This document shows positions 57,334 to 64,000 of a DNA stretch of 64,000 bases, in pieces. A program made the position numbers and the translations under genes. Location: IMG/VR virus record IMGVR_UViG_3300042474_001151, positions 112,431 through 176,430 of that record; one strand, given 5' to 3'. This DNA is from a virus. Taxonomy: Duplodnaviria > Heunggongvirae > Uroviricota > Caudoviricetes. The first letter of the stretch is position 1. Each line of letters starts with the position of its first letter. The notes beneath the pieces are model-generated. The model ran no database searches. It saw only the letters and a program-made list of their open reading frames with translations, and was not told the DNA's origin.

Positions 57334-57970
57334 ATATCTCTTTTACTTCGTTAAAAATTTCTTCTAATGTTTTAAGGTCTTCCTCCCCAGTAATAAAATG
57401 GAACATTTCCTTCACCGACTCGAAGGTTACATCTTCATCACTCTCGAACAAATAGTCAATGTCGCCGTCGATAGATTCAAAGAAGTTCTCCTTGTCGAAA
57501 AGATATCTACCCTCATTGTATGAATAATCTTCTTCGGTTAATCCATTCTCATTGTCAAAATAAGATTTACCACAGAAGTCACAACCTGGTTCTTCATAAT
57601 ATAACTCACACTTCACATTGAATAACCTACCCAAGTGTTGAATGAAGTTTATTGGTGGTGACCAAGCTGAATCGAACGACATTGTTATTGATTCGTCATC
57701 ATAAGTGATATTAGCTTCGTTGTATGACACATCCCACTTACAACCCCAGTAATTAATGTTGGCATCGTACCATCCTCCGTGTTCGTATTCATTTAACTCA
57801 ATAGATTTGTCACGACCAACAAGAGCCATAAAAATGCCAGGGGATGTGTTATCCTTACTCTCGATATCTTCGAGATAAAATTTAATTCTGTCCAAGTTTT
57901 CGTTATCACCTGTAATAGTAAGGTGATTGTTGCACCAATTTGGCATAGTTGTATGATTTATGTTTAACAA
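57311..57970 (-). CDS. Acidic hypothetical protein
   Basis: ORF only. Confidence 0.5.
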   Translation of the reverse strand: MLNINHTTMPNWCNNHLTITGDNENLDRIKFYLEDIESKDNTSPGIFMALVGRDKSIELNEYEHGGWYDANINYWGCKWDVSYNEANITYDDESITMSFDSAWSPPINFIQHLGRLFNVKCELYYEEPGCDFCGKSYFDNENGLTEEDYSYNEGRYLFDKENFFESIDGDIDYLFESDEDVTFESVKEMFHFITGEEDLKTLEEIFNEVKEIYGKETEM

Positions 57971-58020
57971 AGATATAACAGGGATATCATTATTCCAAAT
58001 AATATCCCCGTTATTTTATT

Positions 58021-58503
58021 TTACCAAGAAGCTCTGTATTCAAAGTCACCAGAGTACAATCCGTGTTCTTTGGATTGTTCGTGTTCTTCTAATAACTCCT
58101 CAATGATTTTGATAGTTGAGTTTACATCTTCTTTGTAATACTCATCAATTTCATCACCACCGAAAAAGAAACCCTGTACTGGTGGAAGAAGTTCTTTAGC
58201 CTTATCAAAGTTGGAACTAACTTCTTTTAGTGTTTCAAATAACTCTTTCAGCTTGTCCTCATCAACATTGATGTTTTGACATTCATCAATACCACCACCA
58301 CAATTCTCAACGAACCATCCGTGAAGTGCATTGAACTTTCTCCAATACGCCACCTGTTCGGTGATGTAACAAATACGATTTGGTTTAATGTCGTTACGAA
58401 CTACACCATTCTTTTTAACTTCGATTTGGTGTTGTTGTTCAGGTGGGTTGTGTTCCCAATTTTGTACATAAGTTCTTTTGTACAGATACATGTCTAGTCC
58501 CAT
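58021..58503 (-). CDS. Hypothetical protein
   Basis: ORF only. Confidence 0.5.
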   Translation of the reverse strand: MGLDMYLYKRTYVQNWEHNPPEQQHQIEVKKNGVVRNDIKPNRICYITEQVAYWRKFNALHGWFVENCGGGIDECQNINVDEDKLKELFETLKEVSSNFDKAKELLPPVQGFFFGGDEIDEYYKEDVNSTIKIIEELLEEHEQSKEHGLYSGDFEYRASW

Positions 58504-58566
58504 GATTTTTTAGTTTAAGTGTTAATTAATAATGTAAAGGTATTACAATAATTTTATTATACCAAA

Positions 58567-58890
58567 TTATTTTATGAAAAGTTTACTATCGATTGTAAAT
58601 AATTCTTTGTACTCACTTCCGTCAGCATTCTGTCCGTTTAAATTCCAGAATGGCAATACTCTTGGATTGTATTTTAAATGTGCGGTAGTTTCAGGAACAA
58701 AATCTTCTGTAAGGATTTCTATTTCTTTACAAAGAACATATGCACAAACGACTTTGGTGGTTTCCCCAGTAAATATTTTCTGCGCTGCTGTCCTGTTGTT
58801 TTTCAGAACGCAATCAGTTAGTATTAACTGAACTTCAGCTGGGTGATAATATTTCACCCAGCCGTTGTTATATTCAATTTTCCATTTCAT
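58567..58890 (-). CDS. Hypothetical protein (start trimmed to MKWKIEYNNGW)
   Basis: The track ORF 58567..59130 overlaps the upstream gene by 205 nt. The internal Met removes that overlap. Confidence 0.4.
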   Translation of the reverse strand: MKWKIEYNNGWVKYYHPAEVQLILTDCVLKNNRTAAQKIFTGETTKVVCAYVLCKEIEILTEDFVPETTAHLKYNPRVLPFWNLNGQNADGSEYKELFTIDSKLFIK

Positions 58891-58924
58891 ATAGTTCTCT
58901 CCCTTTCCGAGATTAAACCTAACT

Positions 58925-59377
58925 TTATGCTTTTTCAACTTCTTCCTTTTTATATTTTTTAACAAATTGGGATGGAGTACCACGAAACAATTCAGTTTTA
59001 TTTCCGTCGTTCTCATAACAAACAAACTCAATGGAGTAATCTTCTTTAACGATAACATCATAAAGATAATCTTCCCAAGAATTTCCACGACTTGACAAAG
59101 ATTGTACATAGGTGTTTCCTGTTTCGCCACCTTTTAATTTCCAAATGAGTTGAGCGGCTAAACAACCAGCTCCGTTGAATACTAATTTCTTTTCGTTGGC
59201 ACCATACCCATTAACGACTTTTCCTGTTGATAACCATTCAGCGGTTTCAAGTGGATGACCTGTTGGGTATCCATCATACTGACGATAGATTAAACAGATT
59301 TCATTCTGTTTTACTTTTTTTACTTTTTTACCTGTTGAGTATTCCTCAATGATGCGGTAAGTTGAACGAGTTCCCAT
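58925..59377 (-). CDS. Hypothetical protein (start trimmed to MGTRSTYRII)
   Basis: The conserved class B promoter lies at 59411..59441. The longer track ORF would begin inside the promoter/repeat region. Confidence 0.45.
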   Translation of the reverse strand: MGTRSTYRIIEEYSTGKKVKKVKQNEICLIYRQYDGYPTGHPLETAEWLSTGKVVNGYGANEKKLVFNGAGCLAAQLIWKLKGGETGNTYVQSLSSRGNSWEDYLYDVIVKEDYSIEFVCYENDGNKTELFRGTPSQFVKKYKKEEVEKA

Positions 59378-59410
59378 AATAGATTTTTTTTTGTGATTAA
59401 TATTATAGTA

Positions 59411-59441
59411 CAAAGATAATACTTTTTTATTACCTGCCAAA
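59411..59441 (-). promoter_or_regulatory. Bacteroidetes-type promoter, class B (AAAATAAATTTGG-N19-TATCTTTG)
   Basis: Minus strand reads AAAATAAATTTGGCAGG..., 19 nt, then TATCTTTG, 33 nt upstream of the ATG at 59377. Confidence 0.6.
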
Positions 59442-59482
59442 TTTATTTTCAACTTTTTTAAAAAAATATTTGCCGGCGTCAT

Positions 59483-59612
59483 GCATAATCCTAAACATTA
59501 CTGGGGTGTAATACGGATCTGATCGGCGCACGATCTGCAAAACTGGCTAAACATTACTGGGATTTACCCCAGTAAACTTTCGCCTCAGGCCTGTGCAGGT
59601 ACAGTGCACAGC
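59483..59612. repeat. GC-rich intergenic repeat element R1 (AACATTACTGGGGTGTAATAC; hairpin TTACTGGG-ATTTAC-CCCAGTAA; CAGTGCACAG)
   Basis: Motif at 59494-59516. Perfect 8-bp-stem hairpin at 59554-59575. GATCGGCGCACGATC palindrome. Homologous to R2-R5. Confidence 0.8.
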
Positions 59613-59639
59613 AAAAAAAATCCCCACCTTTCGGTGAGG
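59613..59639 (-). terminator. Intrinsic terminator (minus strand) for 59648..60448
   Basis: Minus strand reads CCTCACC-GAAA-GGTGGGG followed by T8. Confidence 0.75.
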
Positions 59640-59647
59640 ACATTAAA

Positions 59648-60448
59648 TTAAAGTTGTATGACAAACTTATTCTTTGTTAACTTATTTCGAACTCGTTTAT
59701 ATTTTAGTCCGACAATTACATTCTTTTTATCTTTATACCTCATATCGTATAAATCCCCATCGATTACTTTCCTATCCCAAAATGTTTTAGGTACTTTATT
59801 AAAAACAACCGCCACCCTTACATTCTTATTTAACATTGAGTGACACTCATTTAAATTGTGACCGCTATAAGAGAAAGTTAAATCGTAGTTCTTATATTTT
59901 TTAAGTAGTTCGATTCTTTTAGGAACCTTTGTATAATCGTAGAATTGGATGTGTTGAAAGTATTGTAAAATATTAACGGGTTTATCATTTACATGAATAT
60001 AAAATGATTCGGGCGTTATATCTGATGTGTTATTCAAACGAACCGAAAATTTATAACCTAACTTCTTAGCTTTTAATTCTGTGGACTTAATTTCATCAAA
60101 CATCCAATTAACAAAAAATTCCCTGTGTTCAAAAAACAATTTAGTTTTTGCAATTCGTGAACGATTAATTTTATCGTCCTCCATGTTCATCGTGTTCATC
60201 CCTGATTCATTCAAACATAACTTTGTACATTCTTTTGTTCTCATAGGGCAAACCTCGTAACCGCTCATTTTTGCAGGAGCTAAGTACAAACTATATGTTA
60301 ATTCATCGTACTTGAATGCCTTCTGATGTTTCGTCGTCATATTAACGGAACCTAAATAAGATATCCCTGTTAATCTTTTTGCTTGAGCCTTAGTAGTGTA
60401 AATCATTTGTTTATTTTTTAGTGTAGTGAGTAATTGTTGTTTCTTCAT
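59648..60448 (-). CDS. Hypothetical protein with Cys cluster (CPMRTKECTKLC)
   Basis: 266-aa ORF. Confidence 0.5.
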   Translation of the reverse strand: MKKQQLLTTLKNKQMIYTTKAQAKRLTGISYLGSVNMTTKHQKAFKYDELTYSLYLAPAKMSGYEVCPMRTKECTKLCLNESGMNTMNMEDDKINRSRIAKTKLFFEHREFFVNWMFDEIKSTELKAKKLGYKFSVRLNNTSDITPESFYIHVNDKPVNILQYFQHIQFYDYTKVPKRIELLKKYKNYDLTFSYSGHNLNECHSMLNKNVRVAVVFNKVPKTFWDRKVIDGDLYDMRYKDKKNVIVGLKYKRVRNKLTKNKFVIQL

Positions 60449-60596
60449 CCACCGACTCTGTCACCAAATCAAAATTGTTTTTTTTACACAATTTTTCCAA
60501 TGCAGGTAGGCACGCATCGTAGGTTTCTTCATCGTCGAAGATTGCTACCAGTTCAGCATATTTGCCATTATCCAATTCGAAATAAACTTTTACCAT
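60411..60596 (-). CDS. Small acidic hypothetical protein
   Basis: ORF overlapping the start of the downstream gene. Class B promoter upstream. Confidence 0.4.
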   Translation of the reverse strand: MVKVYFELDNGKYAELVAIFDDEETYDACLPALEKLCKKNNFDLVTESVDEETTITHYTKK

Positions 60597-60618
60597 AGTG
60601 TTGTTTTTTTAGTGTACA

Positions 60619-60650
60619 CAAATATACAACTAATACTTTTATAATCCAAA
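60619..60650 (-). promoter_or_regulatory. Bacteroidetes-type promoter, class B
   Basis: Minus strand reads AAAATAAATTTGGATTATAAAAG..., 20 nt, then TATATTTG, 23 nt upstream of the ATG at 60596. Confidence 0.6.
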
Positions 60651-60820
60651 TTTATTTTTAAATATTTTTTTGAGTTAGCGCATGCGCGCAGCACTGGTCT
60701 AACTTTACTGGGGTAATACAACAGCAGATTACGCTGCAGATCATAGCTCCAATAATTACTGGGATTCCCCAGTAAACTTCAGCGCTGGTCCGGGCTGTGT
60801 TTGCGCTGAAAGTAATACGC
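60651..60820. repeat. GC-rich intergenic repeat element R2
   Basis: GCGCATGCGCGC palindrome. AACTTTACTGGGGTAATACAAC at 60701-22. Hairpin TTACTGGG-ATTC-CCCAGTAA at 60756-75. TTCAGCGCTG. The track ORF 60658..60852 is an artefact of this element. Confidence 0.8.
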
Positions 60821-60850
60821 AAAAAAAAGGGTGAACATTTCTGTCCACCC
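60821..60850 (-). terminator. Intrinsic terminator (minus strand) for 60872..61186
   Basis: Minus strand reads GGGUGGACA-GAAA-UGUUCACCC (with one G-U pair) followed by U8. Confidence 0.7.
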
Positions 60851-60871
60851 AATCGTTCACACTAATAAACA

Positions 60872-61186
60872 CTAATCACTAATTCGTTTTTCTGTTCTAA
60901 TACACTCAGCTTCCCACTGCTCACATAGAAGTAATACATCTTCCAACACATTCTCATTCAACTCCCAATAACTTTCTTCGTAGGTGTCGATAGCGTCAGA
61001 ACTACTTGAACGAGGTTCGTACACATTTACTTCGATATAATCTTCTGTGAAATATTCACCAAGCCCAACATAGTTACCTAATGTTCCGATAAGAATACTA
61101 TTCTCACCTTCTAATTCTCCAATACTAAAACATCCGTTGACTTTTAGTATGTCTGTAATACGATTAATGATTTCTGAATTTTCCAT
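60872..61186 (-). CDS. Acidic hypothetical protein
   Basis: ORF only. Confidence 0.45.
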   Translation of the reverse strand: MENSEIINRITDILKVNGCFSIGELEGENSILIGTLGNYVGLGEYFTEDYIEVNVYEPRSSSSDAIDTYEESYWELNENVLEDVLLLCEQWEAECIRTEKRISD

Positions 61187-61188
61187 TT

Positions 61189-61500
61189 TTAAATTGATTT
61201 AGTATTATCCCAAATTATATTACCTTCCTCGTCATACAACTCCTCCGTAGGTTCTCCACCATTTTCTTCGGGTATTAAACCTTCAAGAGTTTCGTCAATA
61301 TGTTCCCACGGCAATTCCGTGTTATCTCCTCTTTCACGGAACTCGATTGCCAATTTCTTAGCCTCCTCCAATGAGTTAGCCTCTATTTCAAATTCTGTAC
61401 GATACCAAGTCGTAACCTTTGTGTCTAAATGAAAATTAAATGTTGTTAGGGTCTGTTCCATTTTCCATTGATTTTTTAATTGATATAATAAGTAATACAA
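61189..61500 (-). CDS. Acidic hypothetical protein
   Basis: ORF only. Confidence 0.45.
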   Translation of the reverse strand: MYYLLYQLKNQWKMEQTLTTFNFHLDTKVTTWYRTEFEIEANSLEEAKKLAIEFRERGDNTELPWEHIDETLEGLIPEENGGEPTEELYDEEGNIIWDNTKSI

Positions 61501-61572
61501 CCATTACCGAAAACAATACAATAACTCCGAATCCTAAAAGTAGGCAATATAAGACATTCATAGTTTTAATTT

Positions 61573-61770
61573 TTAAAGTTCACGAATATACATATAATCT
61601 TCTAATTCTTCCAAAGGAATTCTTCCGTTGTTTGAGGAATAATATCCTTGTCTTCGATATCGTTCTTTCCACTTGTCAAATGCCTCAAATGCTTTTTCCT
61701 TTGAGGTGTAGTAAGGTCTATCGAATTCAATCGTAAACCCGTCGGGTGATAATACTTCGTACCTTGTCAT
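61573..61770 (-). CDS. Small hypothetical protein
   Basis: ORF only. Confidence 0.4.
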   Translation of the reverse strand: MTRYEVLSPDGFTIEFDRPYYTSKEKAFEAFDKWKERYRRQGYYSSNNGRIPLEELEDYMYIREL

Positions 61771-61771
61771 A

Positions 61772-61969
61772 TTAATCTTGTTTAATTAAAGTTTGAGAAT
61801 ACTCTTGTGTAATAAGTGTGTCCATGTGTTGTGAACCACTATAACGATTTACTTCTCGTTGGGTTACAACTTGATGAGAACCGACGGGAATAAACCCTTC
61901 GTTAATGTACTTGTTTACTTTTTCGGTTAATCCTTCGGGGGATGAACTTGTTAATACTTTGTACTCCAT
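61772..61969 (-). CDS. DUF1737-like small protein (start trimmed to MEYKVLTS)
   Basis: MEYKVLTSSSPEGLTEKVNKYINEGFIPVG resembles the DUF1737 signature. The promoter at 61992..62023 fits this start. Confidence 0.45.
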   Translation of the reverse strand: MEYKVLTSSSPEGLTEKVNKYINEGFIPVGSHQVVTQREVNRYSGSQHMDTLITQEYSQTLIKQD

Positions 61970-61991
61970 ATCTTTTTGTTTTAGTGTAAGA

Positions 61992-62023
61992 CAAAGATAA
62001 AACAATAATATTATTTTACCAAA
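61992..62023 (-). promoter_or_regulatory. Bacteroidetes-type promoter, class B
   Basis: Minus strand reads AAAATAAATTTGGTAAAATAAT..., 20 nt, then TATCTTTG, 23 nt upstream of the ATG at 61969. Confidence 0.6.
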
Positions 62024-62294
62024 TTTATTTTGAAGAATTTTCTCCAGCCCGATCATCCCTAAACATTACTGGGTTGAATTGTTAGCCAGCGCAAATTTCC
62101 TGATCAGCGCGCGCAAATCTGGCTAATGTTTACTGGGGTAATACAAATAACTCATGGACCAGGCATTGTGCGCAGGTGAAAATTACTGGGATGTCCCCAG
62201 TAAAATTCAGCGCTGTTTCTATGCAGCTACAGTGCACAGGTAATACACCCAGTAAACTTGTGACCCATCGCACAGTGTGACGGGGTTCCCCAAA
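62024..62294. repeat. GC-rich intergenic repeat element R3 (the longest copy)
   Basis: AAACATTACTGGGTTG at 62061. TGTTTACTGGGGTAATACAAAT at 62127-48. Hairpin TTACTGGG-ATGT-CCCCAGTAA at 62183-203. TTCAGCGCTG, CTACAGTGCACAGG and GGGGTTCCCC. Confidence 0.8.
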
Positions 62295-62323
62295 CAAAAA
62301 ACCCCCGAACTAAAAGTCCGAGG
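62295..62323 (-). terminator. Intrinsic terminator (minus strand) for 62354..63214
   Basis: Minus strand reads CCCUCGGAC-UUUUA-GUUCGGGGG (two G-U pairs) followed by U6. Confidence 0.65.
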
Positions 62324-62353
62324 GTTTCACCAATATAATCTTTAACCTATGTC

Positions 62354-63214
62354 TTACACTAAATGTACAAGTTCCTTAAAGATTTGTCTTTCACGATTTC
62401 CGTAAGTTCCAAACATCTTATTTTCAGAATTGTCACCTTTACCCATACTATGAGTTGTGTATTTTGTTACACCACTAAATAAACCCCAAATGTTATCACC
62501 CTTTTCGTTAATCTCACCATTAAGGTCAACATAGAATCTACTTAATTTATTTTGTGTCACGGTAGATAATGAATCAACATCCTTAATATCAACATTCTTT
62601 TCGATATTGAATAACGATTTGATTACTCTATCCTTGATAATATCATCGAAACGAGTTTCACTCATTTTAACGATAGAACCGAACACATTCTTTTCTTCTT
62701 GTACTACACCCTCAATTTGTCGACAGATATCTTCTATCTTTAATTCCATATTCTTTGTATGACGTACCTTTGAATCTAAATCCTTGTACACACCAAAGAA
62801 CGTGTTTTGACAACTGATAGTTTTAGAACTAGGTCCGAACGATAATGAAGTCGAACCATCAAAAGAATTAATCCCAGTAACATAACCCTCGATTCTATCC
62901 GTCCCCAAAGTTAAGTCGTTTGATTTTAATTGAACGAATACTTTTCGTCCACCACCGAACAAACCACCTCTATGAACATCAAGTCCAGTTTGTTGGGATA
63001 CTTTGAATAATAGTTCCATCATTTGGTCATTCTGATATGGCACATAACCATTCGAGTGAATACCCAAGATTGTACTATCATCCTCACGAACGATACCAAT
63101 TTTATCAGGGATAATAATTCCTGACGAAGTTTGAAGTCCTTCGGTACGGACTTTCCAATTTAAACCAGTTCTATCCAAGAACTGATTAACCCGATTGTTT
63201 TCTACGATTTCCAT
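62354..63214 (-). CDS. DUF932-family phage/plasmid-associated protein
   Basis: YVTGINSFDGSTSLSFGPSSKTISCQNT resembles the DUF932 signature (NS.DGS...C.NT). Confidence 0.55.
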   Translation of the reverse strand: MEIVENNRVNQFLDRTGLNWKVRTEGLQTSSGIIIPDKIGIVREDDSTILGIHSNGYVPYQNDQMMELLFKVSQQTGLDVHRGGLFGGGRKVFVQLKSNDLTLGTDRIEGYVTGINSFDGSTSLSFGPSSKTISCQNTFFGVYKDLDSKVRHTKNMELKIEDICRQIEGVVQEEKNVFGSIVKMSETRFDDIIKDRVIKSLFNIEKNVDIKDVDSLSTVTQNKLSRFYVDLNGEINEKGDNIWGLFSGVTKYTTHSMGKGDNSENKMFGTYGNRERQIFKELVHLV

Positions 63215-63251
63215 CTGTTTAATTTTTATGGTTTAATAAATGATTGTATGA

Positions 63252-63283
63252 CAAAGATAAATTAATCTGGGATATAATCCAAA
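63252..63283 (-). promoter_or_regulatory. Bacteroidetes-type promoter, class B
   Basis: Minus strand reads AAAATAAATTTGGATTATATCCC..., 20 nt, then TATCTTTG, 38 nt upstream of the ATG at 63214. Confidence 0.6.
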
Positions 63284-63419
63284 TTTATTTTTAAGAAATA
63301 TTAATTATTTTTTTCCTCCTAATCCACCTGTGATCAGAGCTCCCAATATTACTGGGTAATACTTGACGATACCCCAGTAATTTTACGGGACGATCAGGTC
63401 GAGAAAAATTCTTGGACAT
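63284..63419. repeat. GC-rich intergenic repeat element R4
   Basis: TGATCAGAGCTCCC. AATATTACTGGGTAATACTTGACG at 63345-68 pairs with CCCCAGTAAT at 63372-81. Confidence 0.75.
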
Positions 63420-63445
63420 AAAAAAACCCCCGACAGAATCGGAGG
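63420..63445 (-). terminator. Intrinsic terminator (minus strand) for 63469..63789
   Basis: Minus strand reads CCUCCGA-UUCUG-UCGGGGG followed by U7. Confidence 0.7.
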
Positions 63446-63468
63446 TCTTATTAAAGTAGGTGGTTTTA

Positions 63469-63789
63469 TTACACCAACAAATCTTGTACTGAATGTTCGG
63501 AAGTTTTTTCATCCCACACATCATCATTCCAATCTTCACCGACTTGGGTACAAGTCTTGTAGAAAATTTCAACAACACCATTCTCGATGGTGACAACTCC
63601 TTCGGTTCTCTCGTTGATAGGAATCAAATCCTTTTCAACAAGAAACAAAAGTACGAGTTCGTACTCCAAAAATTGGTCGGTGTTCTCCGACTCAATGTAT
63701 TCAACTTGTCCTTGGAAATCCAAGGAGAACTCAAACTCCACATTAGAGTTTAGAGTTTTTTCGATTTGGGAAGTGAACAAAGTGTCCAT
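63469..63789 (-). CDS. Acidic hypothetical protein
   Basis: ORF only. The TATATTTG box lies about 35 nt upstream. Confidence 0.45.
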   Translation of the reverse strand: MDTLFTSQIEKTLNSNVEFEFSLDFQGQVEYIESENTDQFLEYELVLLFLVEKDLIPINERTEGVVTIENGVVEIFYKTCTQVGEDWNDDVWDEKTSEHSVQDLLV

Positions 63790-63894
63790 AGTGTGTAGGT
63801 CTATTGGTTAGTAGACAATACAAATATAAAAAAGAAATTCCGTTTTACAATACATTTATGAAAAATTATTTTACTTTTTTTCTGACCCTGGTAA

Positions 63895-64000
63895 TCCAAA
63901 TATATTACTGGGTAATACAAGAATTCCAGTTCGGGGACCTACTGGAAATTATTACTGGGATGTCAAGTTTTCAAATCAATAAACTTGACACATGTTGTAA
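63895..64000. repeat. GC-rich intergenic repeat element R5 (partial; runs off the window)
   Basis: ATATATTACTGGGTAATACAAGAATTCC at 63901-28. ATTATTACTGGGATG at 63948. GTCAAGTTT...AAACTTGAC hairpin. Confidence 0.7.

Noticed and set aside
58925-59482. Long version of the ORF starting at 59482 (MTPANIFLKK...)
   Set aside because: The first 35 codons would lie in the conserved class B promoter and its upstream A/T tract. The internal Met at 59377 fits the promoter spacing seen at three other genes.
60658-60852. 64-aa minus-strand ORF
   Set aside because: It spans the GC-rich intergenic repeat R2 and the terminator hairpin. The same holds for 63291..63596(-), 63493..63753(+), 63587..63811(+), 53603..53785(-) and 53851..54054(+), all of which lie in repeat regions.
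59494-63928. TAATAC-containing motif as a T7-class single-subunit RNAP promoter
   Set aside because: Only the hexamer TAATAC matches, with no extended match to T7, T3 or SP6 consensus. The motifs point away from the minus-strand genes. Host-type promoters with correct spacing precede each gene, and no phage RNAP is visible in this window.
1-64000. Eukaryotic giant-virus origin, suggested by the AT-richness, many small ORFs and glycosyltransferases
   Set aside because: Canonical hairpin plus T-run intrinsic terminators are present. The TTTG-N19/20-TAnnTTTG promoter architecture is specific to Bacteroidetes sigma-A. These point to a bacterial (Bacteroidetes) phage or island.

Overview
This is an AT-rich (about 32% GC), densely coding window. 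It uses bacterial-type transcription signals throughout. Many gene starts are preceded by the Bacteroidetes promoter pattern TTTG-N19/20-TAnnTTTG, and several genes end in hairpin plus T-run terminators. Gene content is typical of a large virulent phage of a Bacteroidetes (Flavobacteriia-like) host, or a phage-derived island. It includes a 383-aa thymidylate synthase with two insertions, three DNA methyltransferases, an IscU/IscA Fe-S pair, and calcineurin-like phosphoesterases. It also includes HAD-type and NT5C-type nucleotidases, a DnaA C-domain HTH protein, a GIY-YIG nuclease, a DUF932 protein, and three PcfJ-like proteins. There are three cell-wall hydrolases (NlpC/P60, peptidoglycan-binding plus peptidase M15, and a 3D domain) and many small acidic ORFs of unknown function. 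No capsid, portal or terminase gene is recognisable.

The layout is as follows:
- 1..13.3 kb: a minus-strand glycan-synthesis cluster with epimerases/dehydratases, four GT2 and two GT1/GT4 glycosyltransferases.
- 14..51 kb: mostly plus-strand small genes with metabolic, DNA-modification and lysis-like functions. A further GT2 and two sulfotransferase-like genes sit at 48..51 kb.
- 51.2..54.0 kb: a TnpB/Cas12-like RuvC nuclease gene. Upstream is an array of three 38-bp imperfect-palindromic direct repeats with 27-28 bp spacers, followed by decaying partial copies. Downstream is an 875-bp GC-rich non-coding region full of nested palindromic repeats. These include four GGGGGACC-GAAG-GGTCCCCC hairpin units, imperfect 34-bp inverted repeats, and a partial copy of the array repeat.
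- 54..64 kb: minus-strand small genes. Each is separated by a stereotyped intergenic cassette made of a terminator, a GC-rich repeat element built around TTACTGGGG/CCCCAGTAA hairpins, and a conserved promoter AAAATAAATTTGG-N20-TATCTTTG.

The three most unusual things are:
- the TnpB/array/structured-RNA locus;
- the GC-rich intergenic repeat family;
- small proteins that share only an N-terminal FKFFxG motif.
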